Notes: generated from the letters alone by a model not told the origin. Counted from the stretch's first letter, positions 1-14,754 are shown. The stretch: DNA of 64,000 nucleotides from Mobula hypostoma (GCF_963921235.1 NC_086111.1:18538001-18602000), one strand, 5' to 3'. Numbers and translations are program-made.

Positions 1-99
1 AGTGACCTTTCTGGTCTGGGCTGTCTGCACTCTGTCCTTGTCCAGGTATTGTTAACCCTTGCCTCACCACAAGCTCCATACAAACATTCAGCATTGCCT

Positions 100-495
100 G
101 GGTGTATCTCTATTCACTAGAGCTGAGAAGAATAAGGAGGAGTCTAACTAAATCACGAAATTCTGGCAAGGCAAAACATCTGGGATGTGAGGAGGATGTT
201 TCCCCTGGCTGGTTCGCAGGAATGTGAAGTCACTGGCTCACAATGTGAGCTAACACGTTTAGGACTATGATGAGAGAATTTTTCTTCATTCAAACCTATG
301 GAATTCTCTCCCACAGGGGCCAAGTTGCTAAATATTTTTGAAAAGGAGGTGGATAAATTCCTGGATGCAGAAGGTACTGAGGAGTGTAGAGAAAGAGTAG
401 GTGTTATGGCATTGAGATGGACGATTAACCACGATTGTATTGGATGAAGGTGCAGCCTTGAAGGATCGAATGGGCTCCTCTTGCCCTGTTCATTC
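100..495 (+). mobile_element. Old, degraded CR1 LINE 3' fragment
   Basis: Decayed CR1 ORF2 C-terminus/3' UTR motifs (ctctattcactagag..., aggatgtttcccctgg, tggaattctctcccacag, gaggtggataaattcctgga) resembling intact CR1 copies elsewhere in the window. Confidence 0.65.
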
Positions 496-2745
496 ACATT
501 TCTGACCATCAAGTGTGGAGGAGAATTGAGGATTAATTCCCTTCACAACATGTTGGTGGTGCACTAATGTATAAAGGTTTTATTAATCTGATTTGTAACA
601 GTAATCAAATGTCCCATGTAAGGAAACAACTGGCCTTAGTCATAACAAGATTTACCTTTCTAAAATTTGCAATCAAAACAGCAACAGTTGACTGGACAAG
701 CAAACTCAATAGTCTGACAAGTTTCAAGAGCAGAATAGTTCATTTAAAATTATGCTCAAACAGATTTAAGACGTAAACCAATGGTTAAAGTAAGAGTAAC
801 TAAAAACAATCTTGTAGCTTTAATGAAGTGAATTTGATTGCAAAGAAAGCCTTTGGTACATTTAAACTTCTAGGGGAACAGAGAACAGTAATGTACACAA
901 ATGGTGAAAGCAACATGCAAAATCTCAGTCAAGATCTTCTGGAGAAGAAGTTGTACAGTAATGAGAGTTAAAGGAACAGCTATTTACTTCTATCTGAAAT
1001 TAAAAGACCGTCAAATAATATGTATAGTCACTAAAGAACATTGTAGGGCAGATTAAACAGGATTATCAGATTAAGGTAGAGCAGGAAAATATATCGCAGG
1101 TTGGAGTGTGAGTTTGTTGTGAGATGAAGCTCAGTAATGAATAGCTAAAATAGTAATGTCATTTTGGAGAAATTAGTGAAGCTCCAAACTAATAAGGTTT
1201 CAGGTCCAGGTGATATGCACCCAATGATCATTGAGGGAATGATGTTAACCCTCTGAAAATTTAGAGCTGTAACTTAGCTTTTATGGTTCCTACTTCTGAA
1301 AAGAATAGCGACCTTTCTTTTTGCTGTTTGAGCAGTCCGTTCCAAGCAATCATCACTGGTTAAAAGACTAAACAACTTCAGACATCCACTTGTGTTTCAG
1401 ATTTCTGTTCACAGAGCTTATGGCAACCTTAACCTTCTTAAGGTTCAATCTGCCTATTTCTTTAACATCTTTAGATAGCTTGAAACTTTGTTCTTTTCGG
1501 CTCTGCTTTCATTATCTAAATATTCCTTCTGTAATAAGGCCATTAAATTGTACACAGCGCTGTGTGGCCATATATAAACTTGTTATTTAATGTCGTTTGC
1601 TCTACATCTGGTTGCATATCCCGAGGGGTTTCCTTGTGATCTCAATAAACTATCCATCATTATCTGCAGGTACCTTTCTTGTATCCTGTAGCTCAGATCT
1701 AGTTAAATTGTTTAAGCAATTTACTTCCATTTCCTTGTCACATGATGATGTATCTGTCAATATTGAATGTTATTCACCACTCATGAGATTATTTCCAAAC
1801 CATCTAAATCGCTTGGGATTTGGTTGGGTCTGTGTTACTTACAACATCGAAATTTTGTACATTTTTAAATTGTATTAATAAAATGACATAACAGCCTCCA
1901 AGCCACATGTATTTGATTATAATGACCTTATAAGAAAATCTATTTTAATCCAAGGAAGAAATTTCTCACAGACATTTTTAATGTTGCAGATAACCTATAT
2001 CATTTTGGCCATTATGTCTAGTATCAGTATGTGATTGTGAGAATACAAACATTAACACAGAACCCACACTCAGATGCAGTTGTGATCTTATTAAAATTAA
2101 ATTATAATTTTTTTTCTCATGTTAGGCTGTTCCGCCATCTCCATTTGGTGCACTGAGAGGCTGTGTGGTCTGTGAGATCTATACTATATAGTCCATCATG
2201 AAAGCATTTGCTGTTCCTTGGTGTGTTGGACTGTGAGTACATCGCCAAGTCAATTTCTGCTGATCACAACACTACCGTACACCATCGAAAAGAATTGCGT
2301 ACATTCCACGCCATGATTCAATCACTGGAATGGAAGATAATGCCGGTGCCTTGGGAATTCAAATGATGTCTGCTGGGGTGCTGCCTCTTCTCTGTGCCTC
2401 CCTGTCTCCCTTCCCTGACCCCCCCAATCCACCCTCATAGAGGAACTTCGAGGACAGTGGTTCCCAAAATTTTTTGTTACTATCCCCTTGCCTCGCAGAC
2501 CACATTCCCAATGCCTCCTCTCCCTTTCCAACTATTACATTAAAAACTATAAAGAATTTTCATTTATGAAACACAGTGAAAGAAAATAGGAACTGCAAAT
2601 TCGAAGCAGTGACAAATTGAAAGATTATTCAAATCTATTTAAAGTTGCAAATAAAATCATTCCTTAATGCCCTATGGTTAAAAAAATGAAGTTTCATTTA
2701 TTTTTAATATTCCAAGTATTCACCACTTCATTGCTTTTTCACCTG

Positions 2746-5181
2746 TCAATGAACTGGATGGGCCCGGCGCAGTGATATCAGCTTCTCAACATCAGGCTGA
2801 ATGTCACTCAGAAGGAACCTCAGATCCCCACGTTCAGTCATTTGCAGTCTGTTTTGTTGCTTTGAAAGAAGTTAGCGACTGCACTGAAACTGCACTCTAG
2901 TAATTATGATGTTGAAAAGGCAATAAAGAACATCTTGACCTTTTTCCACAGTGCAGCATTCAAGATTTTTTTTCTGCAGCCAGAAGTCTTGATCTGATTT
3001 TTTTTTGGAACCTGGCCTTGAGCTCAAAGTCATTTTGTAACAAGATTATCAGTTGTTCTTCCATTCTTCCTGTTGCACATTAGAAGTGTTCAGGGATGGA
3101 TTACCTGAAATCTCTCTGACATGTCTTCATGCAGCTCACTCGGATGGGCACAGTATACTCGAAGATCATCGGCTGGTATTTTTCCGGAAATTGGAAAAGG
3201 TTGTGAGGGCCAATGTTTCACTTACAGGGTTAACTTGGACAGGTGTGGAGATGACTGATTTGACTTCGATAAGATTCACATCATTTCCTTGAAGATTGAT
3301 TTCATCAAACTTTGCCAATAATTCTGACCAGTCAGCAATGCCATGCCTAATATTCTTTCGTTGAAGACCTGAATGTTTCATTCAGTGTCAGTTTTATCAC
3401 AGTTTCAAAACTAACATGGAAGTGTCTCAGTCAGCTTTGCTTTGAGAACCATCTGAGTTCTGTGTACAACAGCAAGCATTCAAACTGTTTGTTTTCAATA
3501 CAAAGCTCTTGAAATAATCGGAATTGATTTTCCTTCCTGCCATGATAGTAGTATTTATTGATTTGTGCAGCTGATCACTTTGGGGTTTTTTTTGCAACAA
3601 GATCTTGTCTCTGAATTACACAGGGAACGGTAAATATGTTAGGTACAGCCTTTTTTCAAGAAAGTAATAACACCACGGTGATGTCCTGTCATTGATGGTC
3701 CTCCATCTCTTGCAGAAGCTAGAGTGTTGGGGAGCAGAATGTCCTCTTTCAAAAATTGCTCAGCAACCCAAAATATTGATTCCCCCCCCCCGACCCTTCA
3801 TAACTTTTTCAAGTCCTCTTGCAAATAACAGCTCTTGAATCATGCTTTCATCTGTTATGAAGCCAACATTACAAGCAAAGATTTGTTGCTTGGCAAAGTT
3901 GACTTATCCAACTGCAAAGCAAATTCTGTTGTCCTAAGTATGTTTGACAGTGTGTCTTCCACACTCTCAGACATTTCATCTGTCTGTCTTTGAACGGAGT
4001 TGTCACTGAGAGGAATCGCTTTAATTATTTGGTCTGGTGGCTTGTGCAAAACTGTACTCAGAACCTCCTTTACTGCTGGCAGAACCAACTCTTCTCCAAT
4101 CATTCGGTAGTCGAGCAGTTCCATTTTAATATCAGAGAAACATATATAATATTCAACCTGAACTTCTCTTGTTCTTCGCAGACATCCACAAAAACAGAAG
4201 AGTGCCCCGAAGAATGAATGACAATTAAAACGTTAGAACTCCCAAGGCACCCCAGCCCCCTTTCATGCACAAGCAACAGAACGGCATTGACCCCCACTTA
4301 CTTCGGCAAAAGAACATCAGTACCCCCCACCCACCAAGCAAGCAATAGCAAAGCGCCCAAGAAAGACCATGATCTTCATTACAACAAAAACTAATCATTC
4401 ACCTGACAATTTGACATGCTACAGGCTCTCCATTCCACCTCCTCACACCCCCCACCCCTCAAAACAACTCACTGATTTATGATGTCACAGTCTGCCCCGA
4501 TACTTTTTTCTGAGTTCTCCAACTCTGGAATTGGCAACCAACTCTTTCCCCCACCAAAGAGCAAGTGAGTGGGAGAGCCCCCCCCCCCGACAGCTGAACT
4601 GCTATTCCTGATGTTTTGCTTTCTCCTGCAGTGCTCGAGAAAAGGATGGTCGATGAGCCCCGGGATCGTGTCCTACCACTGCAAAGAACCGAAGTTTGAT
4701 TATAGTTCCAGGGCAGGGTCTTTGACAGAACCCCATCCACCTTGGAAAGGAAAAAGAGAGAGTTAACGGTAAAAACTGAACTGTGTCCACAGATGGGCTC
4801 AAAGAAGTTGCTGTCTAGCACCATTGTAACTCTGCCCACAGGCTTTCTAATTGTATGGGGCTCTCCAGATTTAGCAGTGGAATGTTGTATGAAGCACTGT
4901 TTTGTTGTGAAGTGCTGAAAAACATGGTTTGCAGTGTTCCGTTTCTTAAAGTTTTCATAGTGACTGAAATTCAGCCAGGTTTTTGTTTGCTTTATCAAAG
5001 TGCATTCTCTTCAAATGTTCAAACAGCCTGAACAGTTTTGTTGCCTCATTTGAAAAAAAAAATTTTCACACAAGAGACTCAGTGGCTGCTGTTGGTTGCT
5101 TGGTGCTGGTGTAAATCCATATTTTGCATACTCCACGATGTCCTGTCTGCACTTCTTTTTCATTTGGTCTGCTTCTGCCAT
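2746..5181 (-). pseudogene. Frameshifted hAT/Buster (ZBED5/SCAND3-like) transposase
   Basis: N-terminus MAEADQMKKKCRQ with decayed BED finger (..LLCE..EHLKRMH); AKSGEPHTI|GEELVLPAVKEV..IPLSDNSVQRQTDEM..FALQLDKST; C-terminus LSKQQNRLQMTERGDLRFLLSDIQPDVEKLISLRRAHPVH*; many stops/frameshifts and an insertion at 4101-4848. Confidence 0.85.
4101..4848. mobile_element. Insertion splitting the hAT transposase; probably a LINE 3'-tail-derived repeat
   Basis: Interrupts the PHTI|GEEL motif; AAT present at both junctions (4098-4100, 4849-4851); left end resembles minus-strand LINE tails in the window. Confidence 0.6.
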
Positions 5182-6521
5182 TTTCATTATGCGTTAATGA
5201 CACAGTCAATCACCTGTTGTCCACGTCCAACCTCAAGCGCCGCGATCAATAAAGGGAAAAGTTATGATGTCATCATAGCTCAGGCAAAGCCTGCCTCTCC
5301 GTCTGAAGGTACATAAAGCGGGGTAGTGATAGTTCATTGCCCAACTGAGATAGAGAAATGTGGTCAAGACCATGCAGAAAGACAGATTTCTGAACTTTAC
5401 CCCATTGAACATCACACCCTAATTCACAGGAATTTTTAGAGTAATACTAGCTAACACCGTATTACAGTAGTGAAGGGCAATAATGTGCCGGCTGGGCCTG
5501 GAAATAACAATTTCTTCAGTGCAGATTCCTCATGATATGCCAAATACAGAAGTTTCACACTGCTTTTCAGCAACTATAATGCGCTTTGAGTCAAGTCTGA
5601 GAGAACAGAGGGTTAGCAGGAGATGAGGTGATTACGTGATCATTGTAATCAATTACGAGGCACCGAGGATCAAATGCTTACAATAAGTCATTTGTTTCTT
5701 AAGCTAAGTCTGTAATCCCTCAGTTGCCCCCCTCCAACCCATTATCTTTATCCTAGAAGCTCCACTGCTCCCTGGGGGAGGGGGAGCAATGGCTGATATC
5801 ACTCACTTTGGGAACCACTGTTTTAGGATGAAGAACCCTATGATATTGTGCCTAAACTATGAAATCTTTTCTTTTTTCCTTTGTGAAATAATTTAATTAA
5901 ATGTATGATATATAGTGCATTCATACCCCATCATTCTTTGCCAAAGTAAAAGATCCACATATTTCAGCATTGCATCACTTTTTTTACATGATTTCCTCAA
6001 CCAAACAGTCCAAGGTGCTTTACACCTTCCAGCCTCTCACTGTGCAATGATGGGAGGGTGTTAAACTGTGGCCTTTTTTGATTTTTACACAAATGCAACC
6101 CCTCCCCCAAAAAAAACAACCAACTGCACTGAGATCATATGTACTATGCTAATAGCTTGCCACAATACTCCAGTGAGTTCTGGTAGGGAGCTTTGCTTGC
6201 ACAGTGATGTGACATTATCCTGGTTATAGTATTTAGTATATTATCTTTGAACAAACATTTTCTACCAAATGTTTCCTTTGCAAATTGACTGGGTGAGATA
6301 GAGTGTGTGATAGAATACTGTATGGTATCACAGGCCAAATTGTCTTTCCATGTTTAAAGAGTTACAGAAGTAAAAAACACAAGCATAATCTCCTCCTTAT
6401 TCTCTGCAATTTTACATTGGAGAGCCCCAGAATGGAGCCAGGGTTGATTCATATTCCTGCAGAGCCTAAAATATTAAAGTCCTTGTTTGATGTTCAGAAT
6501 GAGCTATACTGAGAAAAGAGG

Positions 6522-7827
6522 CCATAAGACCATAAGATTTAGGAGCAGAAGTAGGCCATTCGGCCTATTGAGTCTGCTCTGTCATTCAATCATGGGCTGA
6601 TCCAATTCTTCCAGTCATCCCCACTCCCCTGCTTTCACCCCATACCCTTTGATGCCCTGGCCAATCAAGAACCTATCTATCTCTGCCTTAAGTACACCCA
6701 ATGACTTGGCCTCCACAGCCGCTCGTGGCAACAAATTCCACAGATTTACCACCCTCTGACTAAAGTACTTTCTCCGCATCTCAGTTCTAAAAGGACATCC
6801 TTCAATCCTGAAGTCATGCCCTCTTGTCCTAAAATTCCCTACCACGGGAAATAACTTTGCCATATTCAATCTGTTCAGATCTTTTAACGTTTGGAATGTT
6901 TCTGTGAGATCCCCCCTCATTCTCCTGAATCCAGGGAATACAGCCCAAGAGCTGCCAGACGTTCTTCATACGGTAACCCTCCCATTCCTGGAATCATTCT
7001 CGTGAATCTTCTCTGAACCCTCTCCAATGTCAGTACATCCTTTCTAAAATAAGGAGCCCAAAACTGCACACAATACTCCAAGTGTGGTCTCACAAGTGCC
7101 TTATAGAGCCTCAACATCACATCCCTGCTCTTATATTCTATACCTTTAGAAATGAATGCCAACATTGCATTCGCCTCCTTCACTACCGACTCAACCTGCA
7201 GGTTAACCTTTAGGGTATCTTGCATGAGGACTCCCAAGTCTCTTTGCATCTCTGCACTTTGAATTCTCTCCCCATCTAGATAATAGTCTCCCTGTTTATT
7301 TCTTCCACTAAAGTGCATGGCCATACACTTTCCAACATTGTATTTCATTTGCCACTTCTTTGCCCATCCCCCTAAACTATCTAAGTCTCTCTGCAGGCTC
7401 TCTGTTTCTTCAACACTACCCGCTGCTCCACCTATCTTTGTATAGCCACAAATCCATTAATCCCATAGTCCAAATCATTGACATACATCGTAAAAACTAA
7501 CGGTCCCAACACTGACCCCTGTGGAACTCCACTGGTGACCGGCAGCCAGCCAGAATAGGATCTCTTTACTCCCACTCTCTCTTTTCTGCCAACCAGCCAA
7601 TGCTCCACCCACACTAGCAACTCCCCTGTAATTCCATGGGCTCTTACTTTGCTAAGCAGCCTCATGTGCGGCACCTTGTCAAAGGCCTTCTGAAAGTCCA
7701 AGTAGACCAGGTCTACTGCATCTCCTTTGTCTACCCTGCTTGTAATTTCCTCAAAGAATTGCAGTAGGTTAGTCAGGCAGGATCTTCCTTTCAGGAAACT
7801 ATGCTGGCTTTGGCCTACCCTGTCATG
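6522..7827 (-). mobile_element. 5'-truncated CR1 LINE (RT domain to 3' end)
   Basis: ORF pieces with [51 protein letters not shown]; (cataagac)-type microsatellite tail at 6522. Confidence 0.95.
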
Positions 7828-8664
7828 TAAAACAAGGGAAACATTATGAAAACAGAAGGCCGAGAAAATGCAATTCATTAGAATGAGGAAACAAACAAAA
7901 TGAAGGGGCAGGAAAAATGTATTTTTCTTTTTACATAAGTTGAAGGGAAGCTAGCAGATCACGGGAGAGTATGTATGTCTCTCGAAGGAACTTTAATGGT
8001 CTCTTTTATATTGATGAAATACCTCATGGTGCCTTTAGATATTCTAAATGATTCCCTTAGATATTCTTCGTTACCTTATGCAGAGTGTGCCAGTTTCTTT
8101 CTATAACTGATCATGAGAGAGGCGGGGTGAGCAGGGAAATCATCCTATGCTCCCCCTGGCAGGAAACTCTGCTGCAAAGTGCAACTGGCTGTTATCAGTG
8201 TGGACAAGAGTTCAGTGTCAGAGCAGACTGCATGACAAAAGCATTAAAGGAATGATATGGTTTCGGCTTTTATTTTTAATTTTTGCCATTTTCCCTCTAA
8301 TTTACTCCTTCATGCATTGAGTCTACCTGGTGAGATTTCTGTAGTACATCTTGTTCACCTTTTTTTTAATATATTCATTTTAGGGATATGGGTTTCTCGG
8401 GCTAAGCGAACATTAAAATGCCCTTTGCTAGTTGCCTTTGAGAAGGTGATGGTGACCTGTCCTCTTGAACTGAAGTGCTTGACGTGTGGGTAAGCACACA
8501 GTATTGTTAGAGAAAGGGTTTGAATGCTATTTGCAAGGGTTTGCAACAAGCCATTGCATAAACTTTTGTGTTTCCATTTTCTTTAAAAAGGAAAGGTATG
8601 TCACATCCGGAGTTTCTCCAGTTAGCAGACTCTATGCCTCTTTGATATTGTGAGGAACCACAGA

Positions 8665-8831
8665 CGAGGCAAGTTACAGCAGTGGTTTGCCGTTGCCTTC
8701 TGCCGGGTGAGTTTCTAAAGAGATCACCAGCTCATAACACAGATGGAAAGCATGTAGGGGAGCCGGCTGGATTCGAACTCGGGACCTTTTGTCCCGAAGT
8801 CCGGCACTGATGCCACTACGCCACCAGCCGG
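8665..8831 (-). mobile_element. tRNA-derived SINE with RTE-like 3' part
   Basis: Minus strand has A-box TGGCGTAGTGG and B-box GAGTTCGAATCC, followed by AAGGCAACGGCAAACCACTGCTGTAACTTGCC, resembling RTE-partnered SINE bodies. Confidence 0.7.
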
Positions 8832-10049
8832 GTCCTGCTTGAAAAAGCCTCTTCAAAACCCATCACTTAATTTTATTCCATTCTATACCATTACACTGTT
8901 ACTTGGATACATTTTCAATATGAATTAAGTAACCTGATGAGGTCATATAATAAATGACAATATTTATTTAAATATTTAGCTTGATCTCAACAATAATATC
9001 ACAGTGGAGAACTTATTTGGAATTCCATCTGTTCAGGATACATCCCTCAGGTAACTTCAGTGGAATTGCTGGTCTCATCATTCAGCCTGGCTGAACTTGT
9101 AACTCCATTTGAAAATTATGTTGTTGAGTCTGCTTTCGGATATAGTGAAAGTTCTAAAAGGCATTGGCCTGATGGCTCTGATCAGTTGTGCTGGTTTCAT
9201 TGATGAATTTTGGTTAAAAAATCATATTCTTGCAAAAGATCACAGAAAGGTAAGTCATTTTTTGTCATTAATGATCAAGTTGCTTAAAGGTAATGGATTG
9301 ATTAAAAATGCTTATTGTCTGCAATTAAACCCATTTTTCAGTATATTCATCAAAATCACAAGATTGTGACTGTTAACTATATCAGAGTTCAAAGCCTATT
9401 TATTTAACAAAGTTCATATGTGTCACCATGAAGATATTCACAAGAAAATGAGTCAAGAGATTTTTAAAGCAAAATCTTTTTTTAAAAAAATCTGATTAAT
9501 CTAAATTAATTCATGGAAAGACAGAAATTAGTTTGAGCAGAAATTCAGGAGAACACCCTCCTCAAATCTGTACTTTTAGGAAGTAACTTAAGGCCCTGTT
9601 CTTCCATTATGAACAAGGTGGAAACTCTGGTTCACTGTAGAAAGAGTTTTAATTTCTGTGAGTTAGTTTGCAGTCCTAATGCTTAAAGACCAACAGAAGT
9701 TCACACTGTCGGGTTGCATGTGAGAGTGTCATCAGTGTAAAGGTCAGTAAATCACACCATTGAGAGGCACGTCACTGTTACTCAGCTGCGGAGTGAAACA
9801 TGGTATCTATTTTAGGGGGTCAGTCAGTCCACACGCACAGAGTGGCCACTGTATGGGCAACTCAGGCACAAAGGGGTCACTATATTTCCACGGAAGACAC
9901 CACACGTAAAGCTGAAGTGATGTGGTCACTATTGGAGAGGTCAGTCACTGACAGTGATCAATCACACAATGAGAGTCAGCACCGGAGGGAACCAGACAGA
10001 GTGACCCCGACAGTGGTCAATCAGACGCGTAGCAATAGAGTGACCATTA

Positions 10050-10900
<851 letters not shown>

Positions 10901-11778
10901 AGTTTCAGTGAAAAAAAAAGTTTTTAAGGAACTTTAAAATTAACACGTGAAGGTCGGAAAACAACAAAAAAGAACTCTAAATGGTGTGATGCTGCTCGTG
11001 GGCTTCATACTTTAATTGTGAATAGATGGAATTTTCCTCGGGGAAAATATAGGAAGTCTTGTTATGTAGTAGTGAGTATTCATGTCTCGGAATGGGCAGC
11101 CCAGGCATGTTTGTCTGAAACTGAGGCCCCATCTGCTCTGTCGGCTGGACAGCAGGTCCCATTCACTGTTTGAAGAAAGGGGACTTATTCTTGTCTTCCA
11201 TCAACACAAAGAAAAGCGGGTTATCTGGCGGTTATCAAGCGGGCTGCTGCCGTCCCTCTCTTACAAGAACGACCGTTCTTACAGATAACTATTGGATTCC
11301 CGAGTTTGTGAAGGGTGTTTGTGATAATATTTTGATATTCCATAATCTTGTGGTCAAGCAGTGGCGATGAGGTGAAGTGACTGGTTTATGAAAGTGCCTG
11401 AACAACCAAGCTTCGAAAATCCCCAACCTTAAGCTGCTTTTCTCCGGTTACAATGTCTCTGGGATCTGGCTCCTCGTGTATGGATTTCACTTGGTATCTG
11501 CCGGTAGTGGTGGAAGTAAAGCTTGGTTAAATCCCATTTAGAATTCCCCAGTCCGTTCCTGGACATCAGACTTGGAAAAGATTAACAGGGCCAATTCACT
11601 AAAACATTAACAGGGGTGCATCAGGGCTAAATTGTGATTGTTGGTGTATTATTGTAACAAGTTTTGAGATAAAGTGAAAAAATGTGTGCAGGTCAGATTA
11701 GAAATCAGTAGTACACAGAAGGTAAAAAAGCAGTTTGATCGAGAGAAAGGAATTAGTGCTTCCTGAGCATAAATGATG

Positions 11779-12562
11779 AATAAACTCTTTTTGGGCTCCA
11801 GCCGGGGTACAGGTATCGATTGTAACTAATGTTTGGTTGCAAACTCTGCCATCTTTATCAGGGATGGTGCCTGGGCACGTCTAGTTGGGTGGTATTTATA
11901 TTATACCCCTGTCATCCGTCCTCCTGATTGGTTAGTCCTCATCCAATCAGTTTCTGTTGTCCCACCTTGTTTACAGTGGAATTCCAGTTCATGCTAAGTG
12001 AGACCTTTATCTTTGTTAAAATCCTTTTTTCCCTATTTTTATTTCAATAGCTTCTTTCACCAGGCAGTCCCAAAAACTATTGGTGTGGCACAGTAGTTTT
12101 GTGCTGTCGAAGTCAATCCTATGGTCATTGTGAATGCAGTGATCTACCGCTGATTTCTCTGGATAACCCAAATGGATACATCTCCTATGCTCCCTGATGC
12201 GGATTTCCACCGTGCCGATATACGCTGCTCCATATTCACAGGGAGTTGGAATGACTTTATTACCTACATCCTTCGTATATGTGAGGAGCAGAAATCTTTC
12301 TGTTACAGATCCTGTAAATGCCAGTTGTCCTGAGTCCCAGGTCATCTTTGACCCATGTAAGCCATGATTTGAACTTCCTTATGGGTTTGTGGATGGTATT
12401 AATCCAGTATTTCTTCAGGATCCTGGTATCCCTCCAGAAACTGTGGAAATGCAGGGAAGGCATGCCCAGGCATCATCCCCGATGAAGACAGCAGAGTTTG
12501 TCATCAAAACATTGGTTAACATGGATACCTGTACCTGGCTGGAAGCCAGAAAAAAGTTTATT
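11779..12562 (-). mobile_element. Penelope-like element fragment (GIY-YIG endonuclease) with inverted pseudo-LTRs
   Basis: GIYRI|PCEYGAAYIG..RIREHRRC..KSAV..H..NDHRIDF..VKEAIEI; ~100-bp imperfect inverted repeats at 11779-11879 and 12461-12562. Confidence 0.88.
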
Positions 12563-13203
12563 GGTTTGATTGAGATTTTACAATTTTGTAAAGAGTTGAT
12601 GGAGTCCATAGAGACAGTAGGTGAGGGGGAGGTCAAATCATTGGGAGAGAAGTTAGGAAATGCTTCTTCACACTCAAGGCACAGTCTGGAATTCTTTCCC
12701 ACAAAGCTGGCCCAGTTAATAATTTAAAGCTGAAATTAATACTAAAGTAAGATTATGGATCCAAGCGTGCATAGCATTAGGATACAGATCAATCAAAATC
12801 TCATTGAAAACTGGAACAGGTTTGAGGGCTTGAATGGTATAACAATTCCCTTGGTGGGAAGCATCCTTGACTGGAACAGAGGCTTATTTCGTTTTAATCT
12901 TCTACCTTCCTTCAAGAAAACAAATCCTCTATGCCAAAACCTTGTGCTATGCCCTCATATGATACTCTTCACATGAGGGCGTAGCATGTAGATATTCTTC
13001 TAGGCTCTTAATTTGAGATGGTTTGCTATATATTCATGAGCAAGTATTCATCTGTCACCTGCAAGGCGAACCTGCTAGCAATCAGCATAAAAGTTCTTTG
13101 GCTTTTTATTCACCCTATGTTCGAGTCAGTTCTAAAACCACTGATAGGTTTCCCAGTTGGCTAATTTGACATGTATTGGGATGACATTAGGAATTGGCAT
13201 ATA

Positions 13204-13831
13204 CATCCATTGACCACATTATTAGGTAGACTTGAACACCTTCTTAATGAAAGTATCTAATCAGCCAATCGTGTGGCAGCAACTCAATGTATAATTGCAC
13301 ACAGGCAGGGTTCAAGAGATTCAGTTTGTGTTGTTTGAATCAAACATCAGAATGGGGAAGAAATATGATCTAAATGACTGTGGAATGATTGTTGGAGCCA
13401 GACGGGTGGTTTGAGTATCTCAAAAACCGCTGATCTCCTGGGGGGGCGGTTTCACTATCTCAGAAACTGCTGATCTCCTGTGGTGGTTTGAGTCTCTCAG
13501 AAACTGCTGATCTCCTGGAATTTTCACACACAAGACTAGAGTTTGCAGAGAATAGTGCAAAAAACAAAAAAAAATTCAGTAGTTCTGTCGGTGAAAACGC
13601 CTTGTTAATGATAGGTCAGAGAGGAACGGCCAGACAAGTTCAAGCTGACAGGAAGGCGACAGTAACTCAGATAAGCACATGTTACAACAGTGGTGCACAG
13701 AATAACATCTCTGAACGCATAGGATATTGAACCTTGAAGTGGGTGGGCTACTGCAGCAGAAAAGCACGAGCCTAAACTCAGCGTCTGCTTCATTAGTTAC
13801 AGGACGTACCTAATAAAGTGGCCAGTGAGTG
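13204..13831 (+). mobile_element. Non-autonomous Tc1-like DNA transposon (deletion derivative)
   Basis: TA flanks; TIR ..gtacctaataaagtggccagtgagtg with a decayed left copy; N-terminal transposase remnant (MIVGAR..SISETADLL..QADRKATVTQI); internal triplication of tctcagaaactgctgatctcctg. Confidence 0.85.
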
Positions 13832-14754
13832 TATGTCAAGCAGCCAATGCTTTAGAGAAGCCCACTTGAGCTTGTCTGTATTGTGCATTTAGAAGCGAGG
13901 GAGCGGTGGGACTTTAATTAGTGAATATTTGTTGTTATCCAATAGAGATACTGATTCGGTGAATGGGGCATCAGATACTATACTTTGTTGATTAGATTGT
14001 TCTCAATTTCTCCCTCTGGCATGTATCAGTACCGTATTGATCACTGGGAGAAGAATGGCAGACAATATCTGTCTGAATGTCGGTCATTTGCTTGTTTTAT
14101 TGGTGTCAGTATTCATCTTCCCCCTCTTTCCCCCTCATTGCATTAATAATTAAGGTTAAAAGCAGTGTGGTCACTGCATTTTACTGAAATCCTCTTTAAT
14201 GTGAAACTTTTAGACATTGCCTGCAGGGGCTGGGGGAGAACGTATGTCAGTAAAATAGTGTGCTATCCTATTAGGCTGTGTTTGAAGTGGACATTTTGAA
14301 CAATACATGATTAGGGTGAAAGGTTGTGTTGCTTGCTAGTCTGGAAGCAATTTGAAGGAATGAATTCAGAGTATTAAGTGTACTGCATTGTTAAAGGTTA
14401 TTGGCTTAAGTAGTTCATTCTGTGACAAGAGGATATGCAGCTTTATCAGATTGATTATTTTAAATGCTGAATGTCTGGAGCAGAGAGTTGTAAAAGTTCT
14501 ATAGCAGCCATTTAATTTGCATATCTAAAGAAGTGACAGATGGAAACAGCATAGGGAAGTGTACGGTCAGAAGGGATAAAGGCGTAGAGACTTGGCAGTC
14601 CTCGTGCAGGATTCACTAAAGGTTAACTTGCAGGTTGAGTCCATGGTAAGGAGGCACATGCAGTGTTAGCATTCATTTTAGGATGACTAGAATATCAAAG
14701 CAAGGATGTAATGCTGAGGCTTTATGAGCCATTGGTGAGATTGCATTTGGAACA

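Larger units (their letters stand above)
2455..5820 (-). mobile_element. hAT (Buster/Charlie-type) DNA transposon, TIR-to-TIR, inactivated
   Basis: Perfect 14-bp TIRs CAGTGGTTCCCAAA (2455-2468) / TTTGGGAACCACTG (5807-5820); 8-bp flanks ttcgagga / ttttagga (6/8; right flank NNNTANNN as for Buster elements); transposase remnants inside. Confidence 0.9.

Noticed and set aside
3855-4124. Domesticated ZBED5/SCAND3-like host gene
   Set aside because: Multiple frameshifts and stops, an internal insertion and retained TIRs indicate a dead transposon
8755-8831. Functional tRNA gene
   Set aside because: A/B boxes are present but no convincing cloverleaf or oligo-T terminator; it continues into a SINE body
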